From positions 124,001-188,000 of the forward strand of contig RSEE01000095.1 of NCBI GenBank assembly GCA_003971905.1: 64,000 nucleotides of DNA, read 5' to 3'. The stretch is from Moniliella sp. 'wahieum'. Its lineage: Eukaryota. The notes under the pieces were generated by a model. It saw only the letters and a program-made list of their open reading frames with translations, made no database searches and was not told the origin of the DNA. The translations under genes and the position numbers were made by a program. Positions 43,735 through 54,905 of the stretch are shown here, in pieces; positions within the stretch are counted from its first letter, which is position 1, and every line of letters starts with the position of its first letter.

Positions 43735-46235
43735 ATGGAAGGGCACGCCTCCCACACCTGTTCCCCTGCCGCCCGCCGTCCGGCTCGTCTGGCCCAATTC
43801 CGCCCCCGACACTTCCTGCAGCCAACAGCCCCCAACCCTGCCACCAGCCGCTTTACCGCCCCCTTCCTGCCCTGGGAATGGGCCCGTGTGCCGCATGAAG
43901 TTCTGCTGCAGATCATGGAAACGGCTGCCGCCATCAGCAGCGATCTGTTGTTCCCTTGCCTCCTCGTGTGCCGGACGTGGAGCGCGGCCGCAGTCATCCC
44001 GCTCTGGCATTCTCCCTCGTTTCCCCATCCGGCTACCTTGGACCGCTTCACCTCCGTCTTGGCCCAGGCCCAACAGACCCATTCCACTTTTTACCCATAC
44101 CCCATCTTGGTTCGCAAACTCGACCTTTCCGTCCTGCCCGATGACTTCCTGTCACCGAATGACTAAGCTCGCTCCAATTTCCAATTCCGCATCCTGTGTC
44201 TCTCGCTCTTCCCTTCCCTTTTGCTTCTGTTCTCTGCCTGATGCCTTCTGTTTCCTCCCACGAACGATCTTGCCTTTCCCCCCGCCTCTGACAGGACCTT
44301 GGTCTCCCTCGTTTAGCCCCGACTGTTACACTTCCCGCCGCTCCGAACCGTGCACGTGGATAGCTTTAAATTGTGCACGCGCACGCAAACACTGGTACTC
44401 AGCGACCGCGGGTGCGACTTGTTGACGGACGTCCAAGTCGCCGCTCTGATCCGAGCCTACCCTCGCCTCTGCCACGTGGGTCTCTTATGCATGGACAATG
44501 TCGGCCCATCGACGATGGAGGCCTTGACGTTGGCCCGTGAGTTGCAACATCTTGAGCTGAAGGACTGTACGTTCGTTACGAGCACCATGGTGGAGCAAGT
44601 GCTACTCAAGTGTCCCCTACTCAAAGAGGTCCACCTGGGCGGCACCCACAACATAATAGGCGACCGGGGGATTGGTGCTCTGGCCCGTCTCTGTCTTCAC
44701 CTCGAGCACGTCGAGCTAGACAGCCTTATCTACATTACCGACCAGGCAGTGCGAGCGCTGTGGACGCAGAATTCGTACGCACGCTGCGCATGTGGAATTG
44801 CCCTACGTTGACCTCATATGCGTTCCCCAACCGCGGCGACGTCCCCCTTCCATCAACAGGCATCACGGCTGCTGCCACCACAACCCGCGATCCACAGGGT
44901 TCGGGTCGGCCCTTTCTCGAAGATAGCAGCAGCTTACCGCCTCCGCACGACCTATCCCGGTCGGACGACGACCAAGCTTCCCCCGAGACTGCCGACCTAC
45001 ATCCTGCGTTAGCTCTGAGCTGTACCAAACTGTACCAACCGCTCCTGATGGGCAAGTGCTTGACAACGGTTTCCTTGATGGGCTGTAGCCAACTCACCGA
45101 TTCAGCGATTCAGGGACTCGTTGCCGCAGCGCCCCATTTTCAAGACGTAACGTTGGGCATGTGTCCGCAGTTGGGCGATGGAGCGCTGGACGCCTTGGCC
45201 CAGTTTTGGGCAAAGGCTTGCAGTTTGTCCTGTTGGCGTATTTGAGCCACATTACGGATGCGGGGGTGGTGCGGCTGACGCAACAGTGCACGGGCCTGAA
45301 GGGGTAACTTTGACAGAGTGTCCGCTGAGTGATCGGTCGGTGTTGAACCTGATGGTTCGTCTCCGCCAGCTGCGCGGGATTGCGCTGCACCGCATGCGGG
45401 GGTTGAGCACGATGAGTGTGTATGCGCTGGCGCTTTGTCAGTCACTGCAAAAGCGGTGCTTCTAGGCGGGTGGCAGCCGGCGTTCACTCCGTCGCCTATC
45501 TTTCATCTCCTGATTACGCTCCCGCACTTGCATAGCCTTAAGCTCAACGTCAATCCTGTGAATCAAACGAAGGATTCGCAGCAATCTTTCCAGCCCAATC
45601 CAGCCGACTCGCTTGGTCCGGCGTGGTGGGACCCAGCCAGCTCGCTCGGTCCGGCGTGGTGGGACCCAGCCGGTTCGCTTAGTCCTGAGTGGTGGGACCC
45701 AGCCATCTCGAGCTACGTTCGCCATCAGGGCGTAGTCGCGCTTAAAGAGTACATGATCAATTGTCTTTACCGCCCCGGCACTGTCCGGGTTGTCCTGTCG
45801 CTCCCGCTGTACGACAGGGATGGCTTTCTGGCCCAAGCCCTGCTCCCCTCTCCGCCCCCCTATCATTACCAACATAGAAGCACGTTCACCCTTCCCGATC
45901 CTATAAACTTTTTGGTGCCGCCAACAGCGGACTCGCGCCAGTGGCGGCAACAATACCACCACCAACAAAAACGTGAACAACCACAACCACAACCCCAACC
46001 ACAACCACAACCACAACCACAACCACAACAGCAACCACAACAACAACACGAATCATCACCGCCCCTTCTTCCTACCTTGCACCAACGGATCAAGGCGCGT
46101 CTGTCGCAACGGAACCGGCGCCGATCAATGAGACGCTGGACCCTGTTATGGCGCGCTCCGTTCATCTTCGGACACCGAGCCCCGCATTTCTTTGACCTCT
46201 CATCGAAGCACACGCCAGCCCCACGACACTTGTGA
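43735..46235 (+). CDS. Grr1-like F-box/leucine-rich-repeat protein, diverged paralog (probable intron ~44163-44294; indels)
   Basis: F-box VPHEVLLQIM..LFPCLLVCRTW...LWHSP, then YPYPILVRKLDLS, then Cys-containing LRRs (SLMGCSQLTDSAIQGLVAAAP, LGMCPQLGDGAL, HITDAGVVRL). TATATAA at ~43668. Confidence 0.85.
45604..45703 (+). repeat. Three 33-bp tandem units in the F-box gene (SL(G/S)P(A/E)WWDPA)
   Basis: TCGCT(T/C)GGTCCGGCGTGGTGGGACCCAGCC repeated three times, the third copy more divergent. Confidence 0.9.
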
Positions 46236-46599
46236 ATAAGAGTCAGCACGGGCAACTTGCCGCGGATACTTTCCGTGGAAAGCCAGGAAAGGACCGGACT
46301 TATTAAACGGTACGAAGCTTCGTATCTGCGGCGCCCGGTCTTGGTAGAACCCCACATCTACTGCGCCCAACGGATCGCAGTATGGGCATAACAGGCCGCC
46401 CTTTATCTCTTACTACTGTAGATTTCCTTCTGTTGATGCCTTCTGTTCTGATGTTGCGGTATATTGAAGCAGCCCTGTCTGTGAGGCTTGCTGGCGGTGG
46501 CCCTCACCGCCCAACCCCTGTCTTCCCCCCAACTTCCTTCTTCACTCTTCACCTTTACGCTTACGAATTTAGTACGACTTACGTGGACCGCTCTGCAAG

Positions 46600-48676
46600 C
46601 CGCGGTTACTAGTATGAGTAGGCTATCGACTTGCACTACCCGTCCATCTGCAAGGACTATAGGAGCGCGACTAGGACGTTAGTAGTGAGGTAAATGCGTT
46701 CTTATCCTTGAAGACAGACGGGCGCGCGCGCGAATCACTGATGTTGCGCAGGGAGGGCGGCTGGCGGAGGACTCCCCGCGCGCCCCTATTGCTGATGATG
46801 GGGAATAGCTGTGGATGCAGCAGAACTGCCCGCGCTAGGTGCCCGTCCCTGAGAGTTAGTCCCTTGTTGGTTGGCGGAAACGAGCGGCACGGCTCCACGT
46901 GTGCTCATATGGTATGAGGCAGCGGTAGAAGGGACAAAGAGACCGCAAGGGTTGGTAGCCCACTGTGCGGTACCGTGCGAAGGGGGGTAACCAAGAATGC
47001 GTTCAGCATTTCTGCCTCCATCCTTGCGCAAGACATTGCCACTTAGGGAAGCAGCATGAGCCGGGGAGGAGGTGGTACCTCGGGACGAGCGTTCACTTCT
47101 GGAAGACCCGCCACGGGACCTAGTGTTGGTGCGATGATCGTGTCCGCGAGCAGAAGATGGAGAAAACGACGTCGCAGAAGGACGAACTGCAGATGAGTGC
47201 GTTGCCACAAGGGTCAAGAGTTCCTCGTATGTTTTATCGACATATGGAATCAACATGCCGTTCTCCTGTATCGCGTTAATGACCGCTGTACGGAGGATGG
47301 TGTCTGGCAGAGGAGAGTCCAGTCAAAAGTTGGTTTTGTGTACCAACAAACGATGCTGCTGAACAAATTGGGCCCCCGTCCGAGAAACAAAGGAAAGACC
47401 AAGGAGTTCTGTCAGCGTGTCGATTTTCTCCGACGGGGAGATGTGACCGTAGCGTTCCCGAAGGAGAGCAAACAGGGACGATGCACGAGAATCCACTTCA
47501 TTCTCATGAAATGAATCCTGAATAGTGCGATGTAGTCGGACGTAAAGGGGATCAAAAAGCTTACGGTCCAGACCGGGCTTATAACCAGCGCCGGTAGGCC
47601 CATGCTCCACGATCTCCCGTGCCCCCGGGATTGCCCGATCCATAGCCGCAAGGGTGTGGTTGGCCCACGGCCAAAATGGTTGTCCGGCCTTGAACTTGCC
47701 GTCTTTGTCCACAGTGGTAGTCAGGGTTTTCAAAGCAGATAACGTCTCAGGATCCTTGCCTTCGTCACGGAGTTGCCGGAACAAAACCATTTGTGCTTGA
47801 GGTCCAAGGTCCTGACCATAGCGGCCAACGGCATATTCATGGATTCGTTTCCAAGGCGTTCCAACGTCAATGAAGACGGTGTGCAAGTAGTCGACTGCTT
47901 CATCCAAAGTGACGGTAGAGGGAGAAACAGGGATTGCATCTTTCAGGGCAGCCGCAGAATGCGTAGTGTCGGAAGGCAGTTGCTGTATAACCTCCATAGC
48001 AGCTGGAAGGCCCACGCCAGCACCCCAACGTTTCTCGGCTGCATCCAGGAGACGGTCCGCAGATACGCCGGAACGGAAAAGCTTAGGTAAAGTTGACACG
48101 ATGGTATCATCAATCGGAGGAGTCAGCGGCGGTATCGTTGTTACCACAGGAGTATCACTAATGGATTCGTCGTGAGGCACGGGTGACGCGACCGGCTGTG
48201 GAGTTGGGACGGGATCTGGAAGGTCAGGTGTTTCGGGGGAGTGTATATGGGAAGAGGAGGGGGGGAAATGGGAAGAAGAGGAGAACCAAGATGATGTGCA
48301 AAAGTCCAACATCACTTGACGAAAGGTGGTACGCAATTCGTCGAAGTGGCGCGCGACAGCAACAGACGTTTGGGAAGACCGATCGCTGGGAATCCGCTTA
48401 ATAGGATCATCAATCATTTTCTCGATCTTGAGGTTGAGGGATGAGATACTGCGGAGATGGACTTGAAAATCAGGCGTCAGGGTTTTCTACCAGAGGGGTC
48501 TGGTCCTGAAGAACATGGTAAAGGGTTTGGTATTGGTCCAGTTGCTCTTCAGCCATCTGAGACACGCGTTCGAAGGTGATGCCTTCTGTAGGAAAAGGAG
48601 ATGGAAGATGTTCGTCTGCCCAGTCCGGGTTCGAACCCAAGGGGGAAGGGGTATTAGAGAGCGGAGTGGCGCTCAT
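46600..48676 (-). pseudogene. Decayed Ty1/Copia-like gag-protease
   Basis: Gag-like ASSLFALLRERYG..EKIDTLTELL with in-frame stops at 47323 and 46786. A protease-like ISDSRARPSVFKDKNAFTSL..IVLADGRVV follows (compare the Copia consensus DSGA..F.D...F..L..I.LADG). Confidence 0.65.
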
Positions 48677-48809
48677 TGTTGACGAAATACGCCAAAGGGA
48701 GTGATTGGGAATGGGAATGGGTATGAGTATGGCAAAGGGATGGAATTGACGAATGCTGCTGGGTGATCACCGTTGCTCACTGGATGAGCGAAGAGAGTTG
48801 TTGTAACTC

Positions 48810-49047
48810 TGATGAGACCTGCGAGCTGGAGAGTCCTGATGGTCCTTGAGGGTGATGCAATCGCACTGGTGGTGGTGGTGTGGCAACCAGCAATGTCGAC
48901 AGAGGAACATCAAGCAGTGAGTCGCCATCAGGGACTAAGCTGCAGGACAAGGAGAACAACAGGATAGGGAAAACAACGGAACTCCCAGGCCTGTATGAGG
49001 AGGAACTGAAGGGACATTGGCCAAAGCACGAGCCACCCAGCTCAACA
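48810..49047 (-). mobile_element. 5' LTR of the Copia-like element (238 bp)
   Basis: The minus strand starts TGTTGAG and ends CTCATCA (TG..CA with a 6/7 terminal inverted repeat). It lies just upstream of the gag start, and a second copy is at 43408. Confidence 0.7.
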
Positions 49048-49631
49048 TTTACTTTTGCTATTTCTGAGTTTAAAACCCAGGTAACACTGGCATTCCACCT
49101 GATAAATGATTAACGATTGCACACGTAGAGTAAGTACCCCATCCCCTACTGGGAAAAGAAGCTGTATGATCGGATCCTCCTGTACATGCAGTACAGGTGG
49201 TATGCACGGCGGTATCACTCAATACATTTGTGGATGCCAACGCAGTGGTGGAGGGAGCCAAGGTCCATTGAAAAAGGAGTGAGGGTTGTGTTTACAGTCC
49301 ACATTGTAACACGTAATACTGGAAGAAGAAACGAGGGTATGCTCGGGCAAGAGAAGAGAAAAAAGGAGTGGAAAAGGAGAGGAGATTGTCCAAAGATCAG
49401 CAGATCAGCCAGCGATCTCGATCAGTATCAGTCTGGGGCCACAACAGAGAAACTTGTTTCGGTTCTGGAGCAACAAGCGTCCCAAAACAAAGCAGGCACA
49501 AGAGATACGATAGCCAAAAAAAAACGACAGAAAAAAAACAGGTGCCACAGCCCGGGTTCAGGACGTTCAGGGTAAATATCAAATCCCCACCCTGGCAAGT
49601 GCGACAGAGAAGAAGCGAAGAGGCAGCGCAA

Positions 49632-51950
49632 TCAAAACATCGGCATCTCCTCCTCCTCCTCGTCATTGTCCAGTTCGGGACAAGTCCAGTCCACTTGGAT
49701 CGCGACCAGGCCGGGAAACGCATGGTCGATTTCCTCGGCGCCGAGGCGGAGGGTATGCGCACCTGGACCGGACGCTTCGAAAGCAGGAACGAACCAAGCC
49801 CATGAAGCCGGGGGTAGCGTCGCCTTGCGCGGGAACGGGTTAGTGCGCGGGAGCCGAGCCACGGCGGCGTGGAGGTGGGGTGAGAACCGCCTGGACGCGC
49901 ACTTCCCGCTCAGCGTCCATAACGATGCCCGATCCAGGAGGCAAGAGTGGAGCCTCGTATACGGTGGGTTGGGCAGTGCTTTGGTTTTGGCGACACAGGC
50001 CAAGGTAGCAACCGTTTGAACTTGCATCTCTTTTTGGTTTTGGTTCGCACCGTGTCCTTTTCGTCCGGATGGCGGGGCGGACGACGGGGTCGGAGGCGCA
50101 GCTGACCAGCTAAATTGACGCACCGTCTCAGCTTCCGCATCGACATTGATGCCCCAAGCATTTTTCGCGCTGAGCCAGGTACGCAGGTCGGCGAGATGAG
50201 CGAGGCGCTGCCGCTCCGAATCGTCATTGACCACTTGGTCTTCGCTGTCCAGGCACCCTGGGTCCACATCCGGTCGACGTGGTGCGCCCAGGGGCAAATC
50301 GTACGCTTCGGCACTGGGATGGTGATTGCCATACAGCGCCCAGGTCCGCCGCGCTTGTCGTTCCCATCCACTCATCCGGCTTACCACCTCATCGTCGTAC
50401 CGGCCCAGCGTCACCGTCACCTCCGCTTCTGGGGAGCAAGACGAATCGAGCTCGACCCGCAAGCGCGTAACCACGATGGAGCGCGGTGCGAGCGGGAGCA
50501 CACTCCGCACCCCCCTGCGCGGGTCTTGAGACGCGGTCAGGATCCGGGCCCAGTAGGTGGCCCAGCGCATGTGGGAGGGAGGCAACGTGCTGGTCATAGG
50601 TAAGGGTGGGGCCTGGTGTGCTTGTGCTTGTGCGCATGAGCCCGGTTCGTTTGATCCCCAAAGTCGGGAGCAGGACAAGAGCCCGGAAGAGTTGAAGGAG
50701 CGACGGGCTCTGTGGAGACAGGCCAGCGTCTTGGGAAGACGAAGAGCGGGACCGGGCGGAGGTCAAGTCGGTCTCAGGCTCTGTGTCGGTGGAGGATGGA
50801 TCCGAGTGACTCGAAAGCACCTCGATGTGGTCGTCGGGGGGGATGGCGCGGCTGGGGTCGGGGGGACAGGCGAGATTGTCGAACGACTTTCGCCGTGCTA
50901 GGCCAGGCGAAAAGAGGGTGGTGGAATGGGCCGGGCGGACTTCGTCCATAGAATGGACAAGACGTTGGTGATAGGCAAGAGGTGACACTGACAAGAGTCC
51001 GTTGGCCACGGAGTAGGCGGGCGGAGGTTGGGTCCTGGGTCGTGAGGCTGATTGGGAGCGAGAGCGAGAGCGGGAGGGAGAGCGGGGGCGGGAGGCAGCC
51101 GCGCTGAGCTTGGCGGAGCCCAGGGAACCAAAGGAGGAAAGGCGCTCCCGAAAGGAAGGTTTGCGGCGCAGGGCGGGGGTATGCGTTGCGTGCAAGGCCA
51201 GCGCTTGATCCAGCCGATCAAGAGGTGTGGGATTGCTAGGAGCCTTGGTTTCTGCAGAGGGGGGCTGAGAAGCATCAGGCTCGGCTTGTGCCGGGCCATC
51301 AGGGGGGCTGCCGTACTAGTAGGCGGGGAGGGTCGTGGGCCATCGAAGCTAACCGAGGTACGAGCGGTAGAGGCGGTAGGTACTGGGCTGGTCGGGGAGG
51401 CGGACGGAGTGAGAGCGGAATGGAAGGATGGTCGGGCCTCTTCAATAGCCCGATGCTCTTCCCCAGGAAGCGCGGCAAGGCTAAGGAGGTAGCAGACAGC
51501 CATCAGGGCGGTGCGGCTGTCGGGACCGTAGAGGGTGGCCGAGCGGGCATCGCTGGCCAGCAGCGAGGGCGGAGGGGCGATCCAGGAGCGCAGATCAGCC
51601 ACAAACATGGCGATCATACTGAGCGGGGGCACGTGGCCCAGGGGGAAGGGATAGCGACTAAGGCCGTCGTCGGCGCCAGCGCGGGCCGAGAGGGCTACGC
51701 GCGGGGCAAAATCGTAGACGTGATTGTGTTGGGAATCGGGAGCATTCTTGCTGCTGGGGGAGAGAGACAAGGCGGCGCGGACGCCGCTTGCTGGCCGGGG
51801 TTGGATGCGCATGCCCGATGGCCATGCCATGGCCCCACTGGTGGTAGGGGGCGAGGTTGCGAGCGGCAGGGCGCTGCCGGTAGGCGTATTACTGGTACCA
51901 CAATGATGGCCATCGGGTGCGGAGGAGCCGTGCGGGTGGGCATGGGTCCC
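49632..51950 (-). CDS. PTEN/TEP1-like protein lacking the catalytic CX5R motif (frameshifted; start uncertain)
   Basis: MAWPS, YDF, SRYPFPLGHVPPLSMIAMFVADLRSWI, RTALMAVCYLL, PPSHMRWATYWARIL and a C2-like VTVTLGRYDDEVV. Confidence 0.75.
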
Positions 51951-52467
51951 GACAGAGACGCAGCGGTGGGTGGGGCGCGGCGGAGGGATGGCGGTGGTGG
52001 GGCGCGGCGAGATATAGGCGGCCAGAGGGGCCGACCAGTGGGGGAGCGACCTGGCGTGTGGGGGGGGCAGGGGCCACCCGATCACATGCGGGACGCGATA
52101 TAGACAGCACACTGCCCCGTGCGTCCGCCGCGTCTTTTGCCCGCAGGGTTGTCCTCCGCTGGTCTTAGTGTTGTCTGGTGCGGCGGCTCGTATGCTCGCC
52201 CAGGCGGTGTCAGAGACCGCCGCAGCAGGCCACTGTCCGCCTGGCCATCGGCTGTGCGTTCCCAGATGCCTGCACTGCGCCCCCGTGCCCGCGGCGCAGG
52301 CAGCTCGCTGTCTGACGAGCGCTGATTAATTGCTGATTGGATCGGTGATGCGGCGCCACGCAGGGCGGCAGAGGGTGGGGCGCCGCGCTGGGCTTGGCAC
52401 GCAGGCGTTCTAGAAGACACACCGCCGCCCAGCTCGGCTTCGCCCGCTCCTCCACCTCCTGCTCCCT

Positions 52468-54250
52468 CTACCACACACACCCAGCCCCACGGCCCACATT
52501 CCGCATTCCATTACAGTTCGTCATCGTCATCCTCCTCCCCCCCACATCCGACAGCAGATGCGCACGTGACGCGCCCTTGGCCTCGCCCCGGCCCAGCGCC
52601 GCCCCCAGCCGCCCACTCCGCTCCTCCACCTTGGACTTGGACTTGGACTTGGACTTGGACTTGGACTTGGACTTGGACGGCCGCCCTGGCTCGTCCGCAC
52701 TGCTCCCTCCCCCGGGCACCTTGTCCTTCTGGGAGAGCGAAGAGCGGGGTGAGCGGGACGAGCGAGAAGGGCGCGAGGGCTGGAGGATACGAAGGTCAAC
52801 GTGCTCCGATGCGCCTCCATCCGCCTCCTCGTCCTCCGACACGTCAAACAGCGTGGCACTCGTTGCGCTTTCGCTGCGTGTGTGCCGCGCCGGCTGACCC
52901 GGGGCGGAGCGGCGGGACCAACTGGGCCGGTGGCTGTGGCTGTGGCTGTGGCTGTGTCCGCCGCGCCTAGTAGGCACTCGGCGGCCGGGCGTGTCCATTG
53001 CTCTGACGCTCGGCCGGCGGGGACCCCGTGGCCCGTGACGAGGCTCATGCGTGCGTCTTCGGTGATTGGGTCGTAGAGACGGTTCATGTTCAAGAGGTAG
53101 ACGCCTACGAAGATGACCACAACCCACATAGTAGCGACACGGCGGGCGCAGCACCTTGAGTGTTGAACCCGCGAAAGAGCAGGAAGGAGGCGAGGATGGT
53201 GCTGGTGGTAAACATGACGTAGTAGATCGGGTTGACTACGTTGGTGGAGAATCTAGGTGGTGCAGCGAGAGGAGAGAGAGAGAAACAAGTACCATGTGTT
53301 GTCAGTTCTGCAAGCATTGGAACGGAGGGGGAGAAGGACGGAGGGGGGGGGGGGAACCTACTGGTCCAAAGCTTTGTTAAAGTAATTCATCTGCACCAAG
53401 ATGCAAACGACGACGATGGCAAAGCCATAAGTGGAGGGATGTGTGAACTGATTGGAGCCGTTGAGGGTGAGTTTGAGAGCGATGCCAAACGCTTTGACGG
53501 ACATGACCGAGATGGAGCCAACGGAAAGCAGATGGAGATGTAGACCAACGGTGTCCTTTTACCCCACCTCGGCACCACCCAAAAATCATTCCCACCGCAA
53601 ACACGCACACTGCGACGCAATACGTGCCAAATGGCAGCTGCATGCATCGCATACCCCAACATCTCATCCACCGTTCGGATCTCCTTATCTTCCGGCGCAT
53701 TGAGAATAATCAGCAGCGTACCGACCAGGCACAACGTACAGCCTACCCGGCCTAACCGGCCCAGCTCTTCATGGAGGATAAACGACGCCAACACCGCCCC
53801 AATCAGCACCGATAGGGCGCCCAACGGCGTGACCAAAATCGGTGGCGCAAATGTATACGCTGCAAAATTCGCAATCTCACCAATCACCATACATGCCATC
53901 CCGGCCCACCAGATCGGGTTGGCAAGGTACGTATGTTGTTCGCTCGCTAGCTCCCCCGCCGCATCGCCCGCATCAATCAGACCCTTCTTGGTGATGATAA
54001 GCTGGTGCCAATGGCGAGCGAACTGCTGATCGCCAGCCCGAGTCCAATCCACTTTTCCCGCCCGAGGTTGGGCATGTACCCGCCCCCGTCCGTCTCGTCG
54101 GCGGGGAGCGTGGCGGGGGGGAAGCAAGGGCGGCGGGTCGAGGGGCGTCTGGTCGGCAGGGAGCGGGGTGGGACAGGGGGGGCCGGGCGCAGGCCGCGCT
54201 GTGCCAGCGCGAGCGGGGCAGGGGCGGCAGGGAGGCAGAGACATACGCTT
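52468..54250 (-). CDS. NIPA/DUF803 magnesium transporter (intron ~53253-53360; ends approximate)
   Basis: KWIGLGLAISSSLAIG, IITKKGL, YLANPIWWAGM, GEIANFAAYTFAPPILVTPLGALSV, FSTNVVNPIYYVMFTT. Confidence 0.93.
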
Positions 54251-54528
54251 AGGCTGCACAGCAGCAAAAGCAGCAGGTGGGGGACAAGCCACCCATGCTC
54301 CTCATCCTTCCGAATGCACAACGAACGTGCCGAGGTTCAATGGAAGCCAGGACGCCGAGGCGGTGGTGGCGGTGGCGGCTGTCCATTCGGCCCCTGGGGC
54401 CTGACCCCACCCTTACTAGGTTACGAGTTGCTGCGCCTCGGCGGGGGCGTGGCGCCTCAAACCGTCTGAGATACAAATGTGAACGTTTCACTCACCTGCC
54501 GTTCGCTTTCCTCGCTCCTACTACAGGG

Positions 54529-54550
54529 CACGTGACACGTGACACGTGAC
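54529..54550. promoter_or_regulatory. Triple tandem CACGTGA E-box upstream of the NIPA gene
   Basis: CACGTGACACGTGACACGTGAC; matches the bHLH Cbf1/Tye7-type consensus. Confidence 0.55.
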
Positions 54551-54905
54551 CGCCAGACCAGCACGTGCTGTTCCACATCAGATGCGCCTAGCCAGGCCAT
54601 CCATAAAGCCCAGGGGGATGCTAGCAGCCAACTGGGCCGGCGATGATCGAGCGGACACCAGGCCGGCTCAGCTGGCCTCTTCACAGCGTGGAACACCAAA
54701 TCCTACCAGTCCAACACGAATGCAGGAAGAGGAGGAAAGAAAGGGATGTGGAAGGGGGGACCAAAAGAACAGCAAAGAACGAACAGCAGTGGGAGAGGGA
54801 AGCAGCAAGCAGCAGCGAAGGGGAAGCAGTTGAGGCGTTGGCAGGCAGACCCAAACCCCAAGAGACCAGGGGGCAGGATGCAAATATGAAAATTCGTCAT
54901 GACGG

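Noticed and set aside
47323..47325. In-frame TGA in gag as programmed readthrough
   Set aside because: Further stops, a frameshift near 48470 and a mutated protease active site indicate decay.
52630..52678. (TTGGAC)n and other coding microsatellites (29413-29468, 35938-35960)
   Set aside because: Ordinary slippage repeats encoding SK, T/S and Q tracts.
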